64,000 nucleotides of DNA from the NCBI RefSeq assembly GCF_009914755.1, contig NC_060935.1. One strand, 5' to 3'. The notes below the pieces were generated by a model. It saw nothing but the letters and a program-made list of their open reading frames with translations. It was not told the DNA's origin and did no database searches. Shown here piece after piece: positions 23,673 through 42,167 of this stretch. The position numbers and the translations under genes were made by a program. Position 1 is the first letter of the stretch. The number at the start of each line of letters is the position of its first letter. The stretch comes from the human T2T-CHM13v2.0 reference genome, Homo sapiens.

Positions 23673-26639
23673 TGAGTTTCTTCTTTCTTAGTGTTTATGG
23701 TTTAGTCTAAGGGGTGACTAAGCTCTCACCCACCAACTCCTCTAATATGCAGGAGAGCAAGTTGGGTTCAACCATTTTTTGAGGGGAATGCTGGGATCTA
23801 GCTTCTCTTTGGCCTGATCCTACACCTGACCCTTGGGAATGGTTAAAAAAGGGCAGGCTGTGGTCAGTCCAGCAGAATAAAGGTGGCAGGGGAAGGAATT
23901 ATTTTCCCATTGTGCTTCCCTTGTCACTCTGCTTGCTGGGAAGCTCTTAGTCCATCATATGGCTCTGTTGTAATAACTATGTTAGTTGGAACCATTGCTT
24001 TGACTTCTAATTTCTGCTTTATCAACTTTATAGAATACATATTTTTAACTGTAAACTTCCACATCCTTTGTTGAAGGAAATCAGAACAAATAAATGAAAA
24101 ACCAGCAATTAAGCATTCTATTGGTCTCTGGGGATGGGAATCACACTGGATTTTCCTGGGACATCCTCAATTCCAAATATGTCATCTGGTTTTCAACTCA
24201 TATGTCTCAATTTGGCTTCTGTACCTTTGAACTCTAATTGGTGACGATGTCTTGGAGGTTTTTTTCCTAGTAGCTCTGGGACATAATGCCCATCTCTGTG
24301 CTGGCTCAGACAAGGGGGATAGTTGAGAATGAATTGGGCCATTGATAAACACCCCCTGCTCCGAGTGTTTCAGCTGCCAGCTCTTCCCTGTCTCAAAAGC
24401 TCAAGTGTCTGGGTGCCCGAAGGAGTTTGACCCTTGCCCTAAGCCTGGCCCTGGCCCCGCAGCCACCCCTTCCTCATGTGACCCTGCCCAACTCAGGGCT
24501 CTCTGTGTCTCTTGGATCTGAGCCCTCCCCCAGTATGGAACACAACATCTCTGATCAGGGATGGCCCTTGTGGAACTGGAGCTTGGGATGGGGAGCTTGG
24601 ACTTAGGAGTGTGGAGGAGCACATGAAGGGCTTTACTGCCTCCTTGCCTGGGTCTGTGAGGCTAAGTGGTCAGGGAATCATTTGTCACCTCTTATCTGCA
24701 GAGGTGCACCTCATCTGAATGCAGGGCAGGGTTCTAGCCACATTGCAAAGTTGGTGAAACTTCTAATTCACTCCAAGTCAAATCATTTTATGCTGCCCAA
24801 GACCACTCATGTTTGGAAAGGAGAAAGCTGGAGGGTAAAGCTTAGCAACAAAGAATGATTAGAATAACTTGAATGGTGGGCTTTCAGGCATTGCATTGAG
24901 GTCCTGCTTCTCATTATATCTTATGTCAACCCAAGCTGGTGGCCATTGCCTGCCTTCAAGATATATCCTCCCAGAAGCATTTGATCACAAGGTAGGAAAG
25001 AGGAAATCCCCTGTGGCCTGGTACTGAGTAATGTGCTGGTGGCTTGGTATGGGTGAGGTGTTTTTTCCTTCCCAGAAAAGTGTCATCTTAAAAAGGTAAG
25101 ACTAAGACTGGACCACATCTCTGCTGAATTTTCACACTATTTAGACTCTGGTTGTCCCCTGGGCTTTAAGCTCAACCAAGTGAAAACAGGCTTAAAAGCC
25201 AGTAAGAGCATTGTGTGAGATAGTTAGGACTTCTGTGCAGGAAAGGTAACTCACAGTAACTCACTTTTATTTATTATTGACTACTGTCCAGCTTCCTTTT
25301 TAGGCTCTTTCCATCTTTTGTTTCATGAAACCTCTATACCAACTCTATGAAATAGTGAAGACTATTTTAAATATAAGGAAACAGAAACACAGCAAGGCTA
25401 AACAACTAGCCCAAGGTCAGAGCTAGCAAAGATTCCTTTCCAGATCTGTCTAACTCCAGAGTGTGTAGTGAATGTCCACTGACCACGAGAGATGCCGGCA
25501 ACTCCCTCATTTCAAAGGCTTTCAAAGCAGAAAAAACTACTCCTTTGGGCAAATTGGGGAATGAGGCTAAGGGGCTTGACTTCTCTGTCTGTCTCCAGGA
25601 CCTCAACGTGATCAGCATCATTGGCCTTTCCAGCCTCAGCTGGAGACTGTTGCTGTGTGAGAAGCAGGGATTGAAGGGGTGGGAAAGGCCTCCTGGGTTG
25701 TGTGGGGATCTCTCCCTCTGTCTTTCAACCCCCCACCAACATGCAGTGGGCAGTGTTGAACTTCTGTGCCTTCACTTCTCCATGGAGCAACCTCTGTCCT
25801 GGGAACCAAGCCTCTGCCCAGACTCTGCGATCTGGCCGGTCTGATCTCCCCTCCCCCAGCTCCAGGGTCCCCTCAGTGCCAAGCTCTGGGGGAGTCTTGG
25901 ATGCTTTGAGGATGTCTTGGGGCAGATCAGACTCTGTTTGGTGTGATGCAGTGTCTGTAGGCGTCAGCAGTTTGGCTGGGTAGTTGTGTATACTGTTCAC
26001 TTTCTGCTGGAGAAATGAAGGTTTTGTCTTACAAACCAAATATTCTGGGTTTGGAAACCATGTGAAATGTGGCCTGTGGTTGGAGGGTGTAAGCTACGTT
26101 GTGGGCCTGTGTGTGGTGCTGGATTTAAAGACACTGTTGAGGGACAGAACAATTGGCTCAGGCCATCTCACTTCTTTTGATGGAGGGTCAGAGGTGGGCG
26201 GTACATACTGGCAATGTGCGGAAAAGAGTGCACGGGCTTTGCAGCCAGACAGATCTGACTTGGAGCCTCAGTTTCCTCATCTGTAAAATGGGGTTCCTCA
26301 TAAGGCAATGTGGTGCTTGAACTGGAAAGTTTATTTGAAATTCAGTGTCTGGCATAGAATAGGCAAACCATAAAATGCAATATCCTTCTTTCTTATGCCA
26401 CCCACTTTCTGTGAAAGAACACCGGCCTAATTGGCACAAGATCTGGATTCCAGCTCTGACTCATCCTTGGGCACACTGTGTTATCTTGGGTTAAGTCACT
26501 TACCTTCTCTGAGCCTCCCTTTCCTGGTGCATAAAATGAGAGAACTCATTTCTCTCACTTCTCTGCATTTTCTGAGGATGATGAAAGAGACTAAAGTTAA
26601 GGGTTCTCTTGGAAGATCCAGAAAGTACAACCAAAACTG

Positions 26640-27250
26640 ATTCATTTATTCATGCTTCAGTATTAATTGAGATCATTTGCTGTGCCAGGGTCTGTGCAAG
26701 GCGCTGGGGGTAGAGGTAAGTAGGAATATCCCGGGCTTCAAGTAGCAATCAGACCTTATGGCAAGGCAGACTTGTAAACAAATAAAGGCCTGTCTGTGGG
26801 GCATGATCAAATCAGGTACTAGAGGCACTATTGTAGCAGCAAGGAAGTGTTGTCTCCAACTGGGGCAGTCAGAAAGGCCTTCCCGAAAGTGTAAGTACTT
26901 GGTGTGGATCTTGAAAGATAACAGGAAGTTGCCAGGAAGAGGAGGACATTGTAGGTAGAGAGACCAGCACGTGTGAGGGCACACAAGTGTTGCCTAACGT
27001 GGTAAGTTTGGGGAATTTTAAGCAGTTAGCATAACTGGAGCCTATGGTGTGGGTGGTCAGTAGTGTTGGGGATGAGATGGAAGATGTTACAAGGAGCTTT
27101 GTATGGAGTCTGGTCTGGATTGCTGTCCTGAGATGTTTAGACTTTTTGTCATATTTATGGACAAGCACTGAGGTATTTTAAGAAGGGAGGGACATGATTG
27201 AATATGGGCTCACTTATTCATTCAACAAACATTTATTGAGTGCTTCCTAT
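26640..27250 (-). mobile_element. L2 fragments (with MIR fragments at about 26230-26620)
   Basis: ttcatttattcat...tgtgccagg and cattcaacaaacatttattgagtgc termini. Confidence 0.65.
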
Positions 27251-27519
27251 TTTTATGTCACTCTAAATTTTGACATATCAAATATAATAAAAATGTATAA
27301 GACTTATATAAGAAATCTCTCTTTATTCATGTTTCAACTGTTTACATGATCTTCCATTTACTTTATTAACTTTCATTCTCTCCAATCATGCAAAAATATT
27401 ATTTTTATTATTTGCATATATTTTTATTGTTTATATAACATATTTCACTGTATATTTTTATAATATATTTATTGTTTTATTATATATATGAATACATATG
27501 AAAATGTTTATGTTTCTGA

Positions 27520-28590
27520 TTAATTGAGGAGAAATTGGAGACATGATGCCTCTTTAGCCCCTATATCGTTAAGTATATATTTCCTTAAAAAGGATAATCT
27601 CTTACCACAGTGCAATTCGGTCCTAATAATGTCTTTATGGCTCCCCAATCTCCCTCACCTCAGTTAGGATCCAATCCATAGATTGCATTTAATTGTCATC
27701 TCTCTTTAGTCTCCTCAAATCCAGAGCAGTTCTGCTTTATTTATTTATTTTTTGAACTTTGTGTTTTTGAATAGCACAGGTCAGTTATTATGTGGAATAT
27801 CTCTCAATTTGGTTATTGTGGATGGTTCTACATGATTAGATTCAAGCAATGCATTAGGGGCAGGAATACAACTGCAGTGAGGTTATGTCCTCTCCAGTTT
27901 TCATATCAGCAAGCACATGATGTGGGGATTGTCCCAGTGCTGGTGATGGGAGCTTTTATCACTTGCTTAAGAATAATGTCTGCCAGTTTCTCCACTGCAA
28001 AATTATTATTTTTTCTCTCTGGAATTAATAAGTAATTTGTAGTGAGATACTTTGAGACTGTGTATAACCTGTTCCTTATCAAACTTATACCCACTGATTT
28101 TATCATCGTTGATCATTTTGAATCAATTATTTCTTCCGTATTTAGTAGTTGGCATTCTACTTTAAAAAAATCTTTTCCCCACTCCCTCCCTTCCTATCAC
28201 TAGGGTCTCATGAATTCTTCATTTATTCAATGGGTTATAGTCAATTATTATCTTTATTTTATCTCAATGTTCACATTGTCCCAAACTTGATTAGTGGGAG
28301 GCTCTGCAGGCTGGCTTTCTTTGTTTTTGATGCATCCCCATGATTCTCTGTGCTCTTCCTTACTATTTACTATAGCAAGAAGTTACAGGCTTAGTTTCCT
28401 TACTTTGCTACAGCCCTGGAATTAGCCATTTGTCTGAAGAGCCCTGGATCCTTTTAGTCGAAAATGGTATTTAGAAACCAAGATTTAAAGGCTACCTGTG
28501 CTCCTTGTGATTGGTGTGTCATCGTTTATATGCTCTCTTAGCAAACAGAGTTAGGACATATATGTATATTTATTTCTCCAATCAACCAAT
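27520..28590 (-). mobile_element. L1MC4/5-like 3' region
   Basis: ggatccaatcc...ttgcatttaattgtcat.tctctttagtctcc and aaaatggtatttagaaaccaagat. Confidence 0.7.
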
Positions 28591-28889
28591 ACAATACATT
28601 GTTACATGTTTTTAGAAGAAAAAACCCCAAAGACTGTGATAGAGAGTAATGGGGTAGGAATACTTTAGATTGGGTGGTTAGAAATGGCCTCTTTCAGGAG
28701 GCAATATTTAGACAGACAGCATGAGGTGGGTGAATGGATTGGAAGAAGAAAGAGCCTGGAGATTGTTTTAATTATTCATACAGTAATTACCAGGGCCTGA
28801 ACTAAGTTCGAATGAAGAGGAGGTAGAATCAATAGGACACAGTGACCGGTGAATGCAGAAAGTGAGGGAGATGAAGGAGTCTAAGTGAC

Positions 28890-29869
28890 TCCCAGTTTGA
28901 TGCCTCAAAGGCCTCTCAAACTCAATGTGTCCAAAACAGAATTTCTGTAGTTCTTCATCCTACTGAAACCTGGTCCTCTTCAGGTATTTTAGATTTCGTT
29001 GAATGACTCCTTCGTCTGGGTAGCTGCACAAGGCAGACAGACCTGGCAGTCATCCTCAACACCTCTCTCCCTCAAAACCCATATCCAATCCGTCCCCATA
29101 TCTTGTTGATATTAGCTTGTAAATATCTCTCAAATCTTTCACTTCTTTCCATCTCCACCAGCATCATCCTAGTTCATGGTACCATCTTCACATTTCTGGG
29201 GTACCACAAGAGCCCCCTGGTACCCTTATATCCACACTGGCTCCCCTCCAATTTGTTCTCCACACAGCAGCCAGAGCGCATTTCAAAACACAACTCTGTT
29301 CATATCATTTTCTTCCTTAAAAGTACATTAGTTGCTTCCTATTGATCTTAAGATAAAGACCACACTCCTTAATAAGTCCTACAAGGTCTTGCTTGCCTGG
29401 CCCTGCTGCCCTCTCCTACATCTCCCTACCCAGCACTCCCTCCCTGGCTCTCCCTGCCACACTGGCCTCAGCTGAGTCTCAGTCTCTAGGGCTTGTTAGG
29501 CTCCCTCCCACCATAAATCTTTGTATTTGCTGTTCCTCTGCTTAGAATGCTTGTTCTTCCTGACTCCACCTACCGAATTCCTGCTTTACTCTCAGTTCTC
29601 AGCTGAGTTGTCACTTTCATAATCTTCAGGACCAGGTCCAACCCCATTTTATAAAGTTTTAAAACATGTGCCTCCTTCAAGCCTTTATCATAGTTTCAAT
29701 TTTACATTTATTTATGTAATCATTAATGCTTACTTTCTCTATATGATGATGAGCTCTGTGAGTGTTGGAACCATGTCTGGTTTTGCTCGTTACTTTATCC
29801 TAGCAGGTATCATGGTACCATGTTACTGACACATGCCACAAATATATGTTGAACAAATGAATGAATGAA
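28890..29869 (+). mobile_element. L2a 3' portion
   Basis: ctcaaactcaatgtgtccaaaac...ccacacagcagccagag...aaatatatgttgaacaaatgaatgaatgaa. Confidence 0.85.
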
Positions 29870-31319
29870 GATTTATCATCTGAGTAACCAGATAGATGAT
29901 GGAACCATTCAGTGGAATAAAAATGAGAAGAGAAGTAGATTTGAGGAGGAAAATGATCATTCATTTTGGGACACCTGGCATTTGGGGTGCCTGCCAACCA
30001 TGTCTGTCCCTCAGAGACCTTACCATCTTCTGTACAAATTAAGATGTCACTAAGGAGCTTTTGGGAGGCTGGTGACAGGTACATCTAATTCCCGGATGAT
30101 TCTAAGAAGGTCCCTGGAGGAGATGGCTAAGTCACAAGTGGCATCCCTGAGCTGTGGCTTCTCTATCTATCCTTATCTCTGGTTTGTAGACCATACAGGA
30201 GATAGAAGGGGTTCCCAGGTGGTCCTGACTTGGCTCCTTGGGGACTTGTATAAAATATCTTTACAATTCTATGGAAGACTCCTTGGAACAAATGATTCAC
30301 ATTTGTCAGGAGCTGTCAACCTCCTTCCTACCTCTAACACTGCACTAGACATATGCTTAAAGGAGAATACAGAAAGTGGGTCTTACTAAGTCCAGTGAGC
30401 CATCCTTTCAAAGATGTCATCAGCACTAGGACAGAACAGCCCATTCCATCCCTCTGACTCACTTACTCTTACATTCCTCACTCACTCATTCAACTTTCTA
30501 TCTCCTCTTGTTCATTCACCCACACACCCATCTGTCACCCAGCTATCCATCCGTGAACAAGAGTTTATGTTGGATTTATAGCAGGACTCAAGGCTAATGC
30601 ATTATCTTCAGCCCCACTCCTGTATCCCTCTTTTCTATGGTCCTCACAGCTCAGAATCCCAGGTGAGGAGACTGTCAGGGGTTGGGGAGATGTCACTGTG
30701 CTGGTCTAGGGCTGGGCTGGGTATGATTGCAGGGTGTCAGCAGGAAGAGTGGGAGATCAGAAGTGGCCACACTGATTACTCCTCTTGGCTCACTATCTGC
30801 TTTTCTGGCTTCCCCTCTTTCATTGGTGATGAGAAATTAGAGATTAGGCTCCTTATTCAGGTAGATATAAGATAGACTGGGCTTTGCAGAGGTGTTAGGG
30901 GGCTCTGGCCTTAAGGGGAAATAGGAACACAGCTCCCCATGAGCCCTATGGTGGAAAAGGTGATGCTTTTGTTTTCTTCTTCATTTTAGACTATGATTGC
31001 ACTTTGGCCCTGTGGAATTTGCAGAGAGGCTGGGGGAGGGTGGGAGAGTAGGATTTTAAAATGTGGCATTTAGAAACCAGGCAGTAGACTAATCCTGGCC
31101 CCATCCCCATAGAAGCTGTTCTTTCAGTTCTCTTAGGCTTGTCATTTACAAAGAGCTCCCTAGAATGTGTGCTGTCCATCTGCTTTGGCGGCTGACAGGG
31201 CTGGAATTGAGCAGGCATAGGACAATGACAGCCACATTAGATAACAGCATCTTGGAAAAATGCCTGAAGGTTGCAAGGGTCTAAGTTACAGACTCATTTG
31301 CTCATTCCCTCCCTCACGA

Positions 31320-32620
31320 ATTCATTCATTTATCTACTTAGCACCTACCTAGTAGGTGCCATGTTTAAGTCTCAGCCCTGGAGATGTGACGGTGAGCAAA
31401 GCACATATTTCATGCCCTTAGAGGATTTGGTTTGGGAAGATGGACTGTAAACAGGGTACTATACACCATAAAAAGTGTGAATACCATGGAGAAATACGGA
31501 GAATAATAAGGGAGCTCCAGGGGTGGGAGGTGGTTTATATATTTATACAGGGTCAGGAGGTTTTCTCTGATAAGCAGGCATTTAAGCAGAGGCCAGGAGG
31601 AAGCTATGTGAATACTTGTTGGAAGAGAAGCCAAATAAAGGAAGAGTAAGTGCAAAGTCCCTGAGGCATGCTTGAGAAAGAGCCTGCCGGTCCATGTGAT
31701 TGGAGTTAAGTGAGGGATGGGGAGAGTTGAAGGAGTTGAGATCAATGCAATAATGGGTGCCAGCTCATGAAGGCTCTTGTGGGTTATTTGAAGAACGTTG
31801 GCTTTTAATATGAATGGTATAGTGAACATTGAAAAATTTCGAAGAGAGAAATGACATGCTATAGCTGCTATGAAAATAGTAGATTGTTACTGGGAGGAGA
31901 AATGAATTAGGAGCCTATTATAGTGATTTAGGTGAGAGATGATGGTGGCTAGGACCAAGGTCCACTTATTCATTCATTTATCTTTCATTTCATTTTCTAT
32001 TCTACAGATGTCTCTGTAACCCTGCCTACATATGAGGCCCCTTAGCACTTTGTATCCATTCCTCTGTTCGACCCACTTCCATGATCTATCCAGCTATCCT
32101 TATTGCTTTCAATAAGTCTTTACCTGCTACTTGGAGAGCGTTGTGCCAGATGCTGGCTAATATGGGCATATTCTTGTGGGACTTTGGCCCTCTCAGGGAG
32201 AAAAGATGTACCCATAGGAGATCACCAGTCAGCTGCAAAACGAAGCAAGTCTCTCGGGCTCAGGATGAATGGTGTCAACACTTCAGTGTTTTAGGAGCCC
32301 TATGGGCTGGAGGTCAGAGTAAGCTTCTGGGTGGAAGCCACATTTAAGCTGAGTCTTGACAGGTGGGGAGGGCAAGTCAGTTCTGAAGAATAACGGGAAA
32401 GTTGCTCTGAAGCTTGAACATAAGGGACCTGTTGGGGAATATTGGGTTGTAATGCTAAAAAGAGGTGGCATGGGCTGGAAACAGGGTCTGGAGAAGTACA
32501 AGCACCAGGCTAAGGAGTTCACATCTGAGTTGAGAGAGTTTGGGGAGACACAGGTTTTCAAGGAGATTTTACAATGAGAGCTGTGTTTTAAGAGGCTGAA
32601 ACTAAAATCAGATGGAGGAA
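31320..32620 (-). mobile_element. L2 fragments
   Basis: ttcattcatttatc...gtgcaaagtccctgagg...ggtgagagatgatggtggct. Confidence 0.65.
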
Positions 32621-34210
32621 TAATAGGCTGGGGACTCAGAGAGCAAGAAGACAATGGCCTTGTGTGAACCTGCTTGGCCTTTAGGCCAGCAGGAATGCTG
32701 AGGCTAGGAGTACTTCTGGGGCAGCTCCTAGATGCAATGGTGTGGGGCTTTATGGCTAACACAAACAGCAGGATATGGTAGTGGCAGTTCCTGGGACAAA
32801 CCCTATAACTCGAAGCCACCTTTGAGCAAAGAACACAGAGAAGACTGGGTTCTGGGAAGAGCAAGCTGGAGAAAAATATTCAGGTCTGGGCTCTGGCCAT
32901 GAATGACTCTTTTAGAAGCTTCTGGGGTCACTGGATTGTAGGAACATTAGATTCAGAGCAGGAGCTCATCTAATTCAGCCCTCTATTCTTATAGATGGGA
33001 AACTGGAGGCCCACAGTAGGGGCATATATTGTCTAAGGCACTATAGAACACTTGTTTCAGAGAAAGGTCAAGCATCTCATTGAACTCATGCTGGAGGAAT
33101 TTCTATGTTTTATTTAATTATTCATTTACATATCTCTTTCAATGGGAATAAAATTTTAAGAAGAAGAAAATTGTTCTGTTCATCTCCTCTCTCATCTAGC
33201 TGAGGCTTGATACAGAACAGATGCTGTACCTGACCGCCAGGACCAACTGTCTCCCATCTTGACCCAGACAAAAGCAGGGTGTTAGGCTTGTCTCAGAGCT
33301 GGCCAGATGTGGAATCAGAAAGAGCTGCCTGTGGATGGGGATAGAGCCTGACTCTGGACCCCTTATGTATTCGTGAGGCTTGGCCTGTGACCAGTTTCTA
33401 TCTCAGCTATGTCCTTGGTGACATCTCACTGGTGGTCCTGATCATGGCTGTTGCCATGAGGGGGCCTGCTGAGAGAGAGGAGAGGGAGGTTTTGGTGTGG
33501 CAAGGGGATATCTTGTGCCTGAGGCCACTGCAAGAGGAAAAAGCCCCTGCCCAGCTGGAGAGAGAACAGCCCACAGGGAGATTAACAGCCTCAGATGGGC
33601 ACCTAGGATACATATTTAGGGCTTAAGGCCAGTGCTTGGTCTGGCCTGAGGCTGCTCCTGCAGGGACTTCACCAAACTCACATATTTGTTTTCTTGCTGT
33701 CCTAAGAAGCTTAAAGCCACTTCTTTAAGAACAGCCTCTCCGTGCAGTCTGCAAAAGTCTATGGCTTAACATCAACAAGATTTCAAACCGAAGTGTCTTT
33801 TGATGCACCTCCATCTTTGCATTTAGGATCCTAGTGGGGAGGGCTGAAGCTGGAGATTTCTTGAAAAGTCAGAGGGATTTGGGCCGTAGATCCTGCCAAC
33901 CTAGGCACCAGGGTTCGCGTCAATGCTGGATGAGTAATTGGTTCTTAAGCTCTTGGTCAGCATCCTGTCCTGTTTGTCTTGTGCTGTATACTTGGCAGAG
34001 GGCTTCCACATGGAGAGGAGTGAGTTATACTTGTGAGCAAGCTTACTTGTAGGCACAGGAAAATAAATACTCCCTCATTGCGTTCCATGTTCCTCAGAGA
34101 ATATCCTGGGGAGGCAGTGGTGTTTTCTTCAGTTGTGGGGTCATTATGCCCTTCGGGGTAGCAGTCATGGATCAAGCAAGGTGGATGGAACTTGGATGGG
34201 TGAAATTCTA

Positions 34211-34503
<293 letters not shown>

Positions 34504-35619
34504 TCATTTATCCTCTCTGGGCCTCAATTTCCTTTTGTGCAAAGTACAGAGTTGAAAAAAAAAACATTTCTGAGAACCTTTTTTGTATAACATTCCAGAT
34601 CTCTTGCTTACATTATGCCAATAGGAATTTTGGTTAGGACCCTGTCTTCTGGATTTCTATCCCGCCAAACGGCTGATTTTTCACTTTGCCTGAATTATAT
34701 CTTTCACTCCTTTGGTCTTTTAAGAGATTTATTTATTTATTTTTTTCCACAGACCATATTGCCTAACAAAATCCCTCCTATTTTCATGGAATCATATGGG
34801 GATACAAAGTGGTGTCATAATGTCATATCCATTATTATATTTTAGTTTTTACAACAAATGTGCCAGGTAATCAAATGTATATTATTATCCCCAGTTTGCA
34901 AATGAGAAAAGAGGCCAAGAGAAGTTAAGTAACTTGACTAAGCTTATGCAGTTAGTTACTGGCAGAGCTGGGGCTAGGCTGAAGGTTTCTTCTCTGCTAG
35001 TCTGTGTTTGGTTGTATCACTTTTTGGACTTGGGAAGGGGCATCATAAGGACTGCATGGGATAGGGCTTGTGGGATTCACCAGGTGACAGAATTATCAGG
35101 ATGAGAGAACCTGCCACCACATACCTGTACCATGTAAGGTTGAAATGTTCTTAGTCTGGGGTAGCCCTCACCCACCTGGACCCAGAGGTGAGGGGGTAGG
35201 CTGGCCCCTGCGCCCAGCTATGCAAAGATTAGGGCTGCAGCAAGCCCTCTGTGGCAGCTTTTACCGACAGTCCAGCCCTGCTGTCTGCTGTGTTAGCAGG
35301 GTGGTGGGTATCTGGCCAGTGCCTCTTAGTTAACCTTCCCTTCTTCATTTTAAGAAGCTTTTTTATCTGCTTGGTCCTGGAGCTAGGCTGGCTCTTTCTG
35401 GCTGCAGAAAGGGGCTTTTAAAGTAACCCTCTTAGTTTATTTCTCTCTGGGCCAATCCAGCCAGATCTTTGCTTGGGGCAAGAGGGAACCTCAAGGGTAG
35501 AAGTATGTGAGCAAGAAGGAGCTCTCCCCTCACATACCAGTCAAGAACGACTGGACATTTTCTGCCTCCCCAACCCCATTCACTTTCTATTTGTAATTTG
35601 GGATCTGTGTGTGAGAGCT

Positions 35620-40330
<4,711 letters not shown>

Positions 40331-40626
40331 CATATTGTTGGAGATAACAATCTTGTATGAGTTTACTTTATAAGGAGAAGGATTAATTGTCAATTAAAAA
40401 GCAGGTGCTAAAAATAGTGGCTTGATATGCCTCTCTAAAAGAGAAGGTAGAGTCTTCATCCTCATCCAGCATGTTAGCTGTGTACCTTAGAAAATTATTG
40501 AAGCTCTCTGGGTCACCATTTCCACTTTTTAAAATGGGGATAATAGTAGTACTGATTACTTTGGACGTTTGGAGGAATACGTGTAAGACACTTAGAAGGG
40601 TTCTTGGCACATAGTTAAGTGCCTAA

Positions 40627-40810
40627 TACCATATTTCATTGGATTTAAGATGCTATATATTGTAAGATCCCTGTTACTTCATGAAAAAGAAAATATGGTT
40701 CCAATTGAACGATGACACAATGCCAAGATGCCATTGACTGAAGCATACATCCCAACTTTGGTTGTTAAAATATGAAAAAAAGATATCTTAGAATGACCTG
40801 ACTATAGTAA
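40627..40810. mobile_element. Ancient TcMar MITE (MamRep434-like) next to a MIR (about 40450-40626)
   Basis: taccatatttcattggatttaagatgc...tcttagaat...tatagta with degenerate TIRs. Confidence 0.45.
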
Positions 40811-41253
40811 ATTTTAGCTATTACTATGAATGGATGCATATGAGCAAAAAAGGCAGTGGTTGAGAAACAGAATCTTAGTCTCAGAATTGATAGGACTTAA
40901 ATGTTTGTAGGTATTTACTCCATTCCACCATGATCCCATTAATTTTTGGACTCTGGCTGTATTGTGCACGAGTTTACTTCTTTGTCCAGAGGGCTGTCAT
41001 TAGACAAACAAAATATTCCACCATCTCCTCCAGCACTGAGGAAGAAGTGACTTCCATGTGTGTAGCACATTCATAGGTGCCTTATATAGAGCATTTACTT
41101 TAGTTCTCACAATTAGTCTCATTAATTAAGACTAGTTGCTATGACCCCCCAATATTAGTGGCTTAACATGTTGTTTATTTCTTGCTTACCCCGCAGATTG
41201 ACGTGGATTAGGTGGCTCTACTCCAAGCTGTGAGTCAAGTCTCATCTTCCTCC

Positions 41254-41284
41254 TTTATTTATTTATTTATTTATTTATTTATTT
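41254..41284 (+). repeat. (TTTA)n tetranucleotide repeat
   Basis: Read directly from the sequence. Confidence 0.9.
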
Positions 41285-42167
41285 TGCTTTGCCATATTGT
41301 GGCTTTCAGGTTGCTTTGGCATCACTCAACAGGTAGAAAGGGGAAGAGAGAGGGAGCATCAAGAAGGTACACCTTCTATTATAATATAATTTAAAATTCT
41401 TTTTTAAGACCTTACCACTTTCTTTATTCCTATTTGGAGGGAGAAATTAGTGTAAGTTAGGGTGTTTGAAGAGAGCTGCCAAATGAGGTGAGATTAGAGA
41501 TGAGTCCTGAGGCGTTGGAATTACTTGGAGATAGAAAAGAGAATTGAGGGATTTCAGTCAGGATGTGCTGGGGTGCCATGACCAATGCATAGAATTGTGG
41601 AAGTGCAAGATGTTTTTGGAGCATCATAGAACACTCTGTTGGTGGAAAGATTAACATTTATTGGGCTCCTACTCTGTGTTAGACACTGTGCAAAGCACTA
41701 GACCTAAACAAGTCTTGATAAAACAGTATTCTGCAAATGGGTTGTTTTTCATGTTTGATCCATTCTGTGCCCCAGATAGATGTGGATCATGTGGCCCATG
41801 TACCTTATACCCCCTGTTTCCAAACATAAAGGATTCTTTAACTGAAGATGTTATAACAATGACAACATGATTTGCTGAGAATGATTGTGTTGTGCTCACA
41901 CTCTGGGATATTCTGTTATATACAGTGGTTGTAGAATAGGTGATGGTTCTGTCTTTTGTCCCTTTCTGTTAATGAGCTGGTGAGAACTCTTCACCCTTGT
42001 GGCCGAGCCAAGGTTTTGGTTCAGTCTGGATTCTCCTTTGAATGTCCCATACTACTTTGGTCACATAGGATGTGAGCTGTGATATTAATTGTTTCTTCTG
42101 GGTCAATTTTACTAATCACAGAAAATGTCTTAGTGTTTTTGTCTGTGTTTATTCAAAACATGGTTTA

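Noticed and set aside
32283-32864. 193-aa minus-strand ORF
   Set aside because: Overlaps L2 remnants, has no recognisable homology, and has no evident splice or promoter support.
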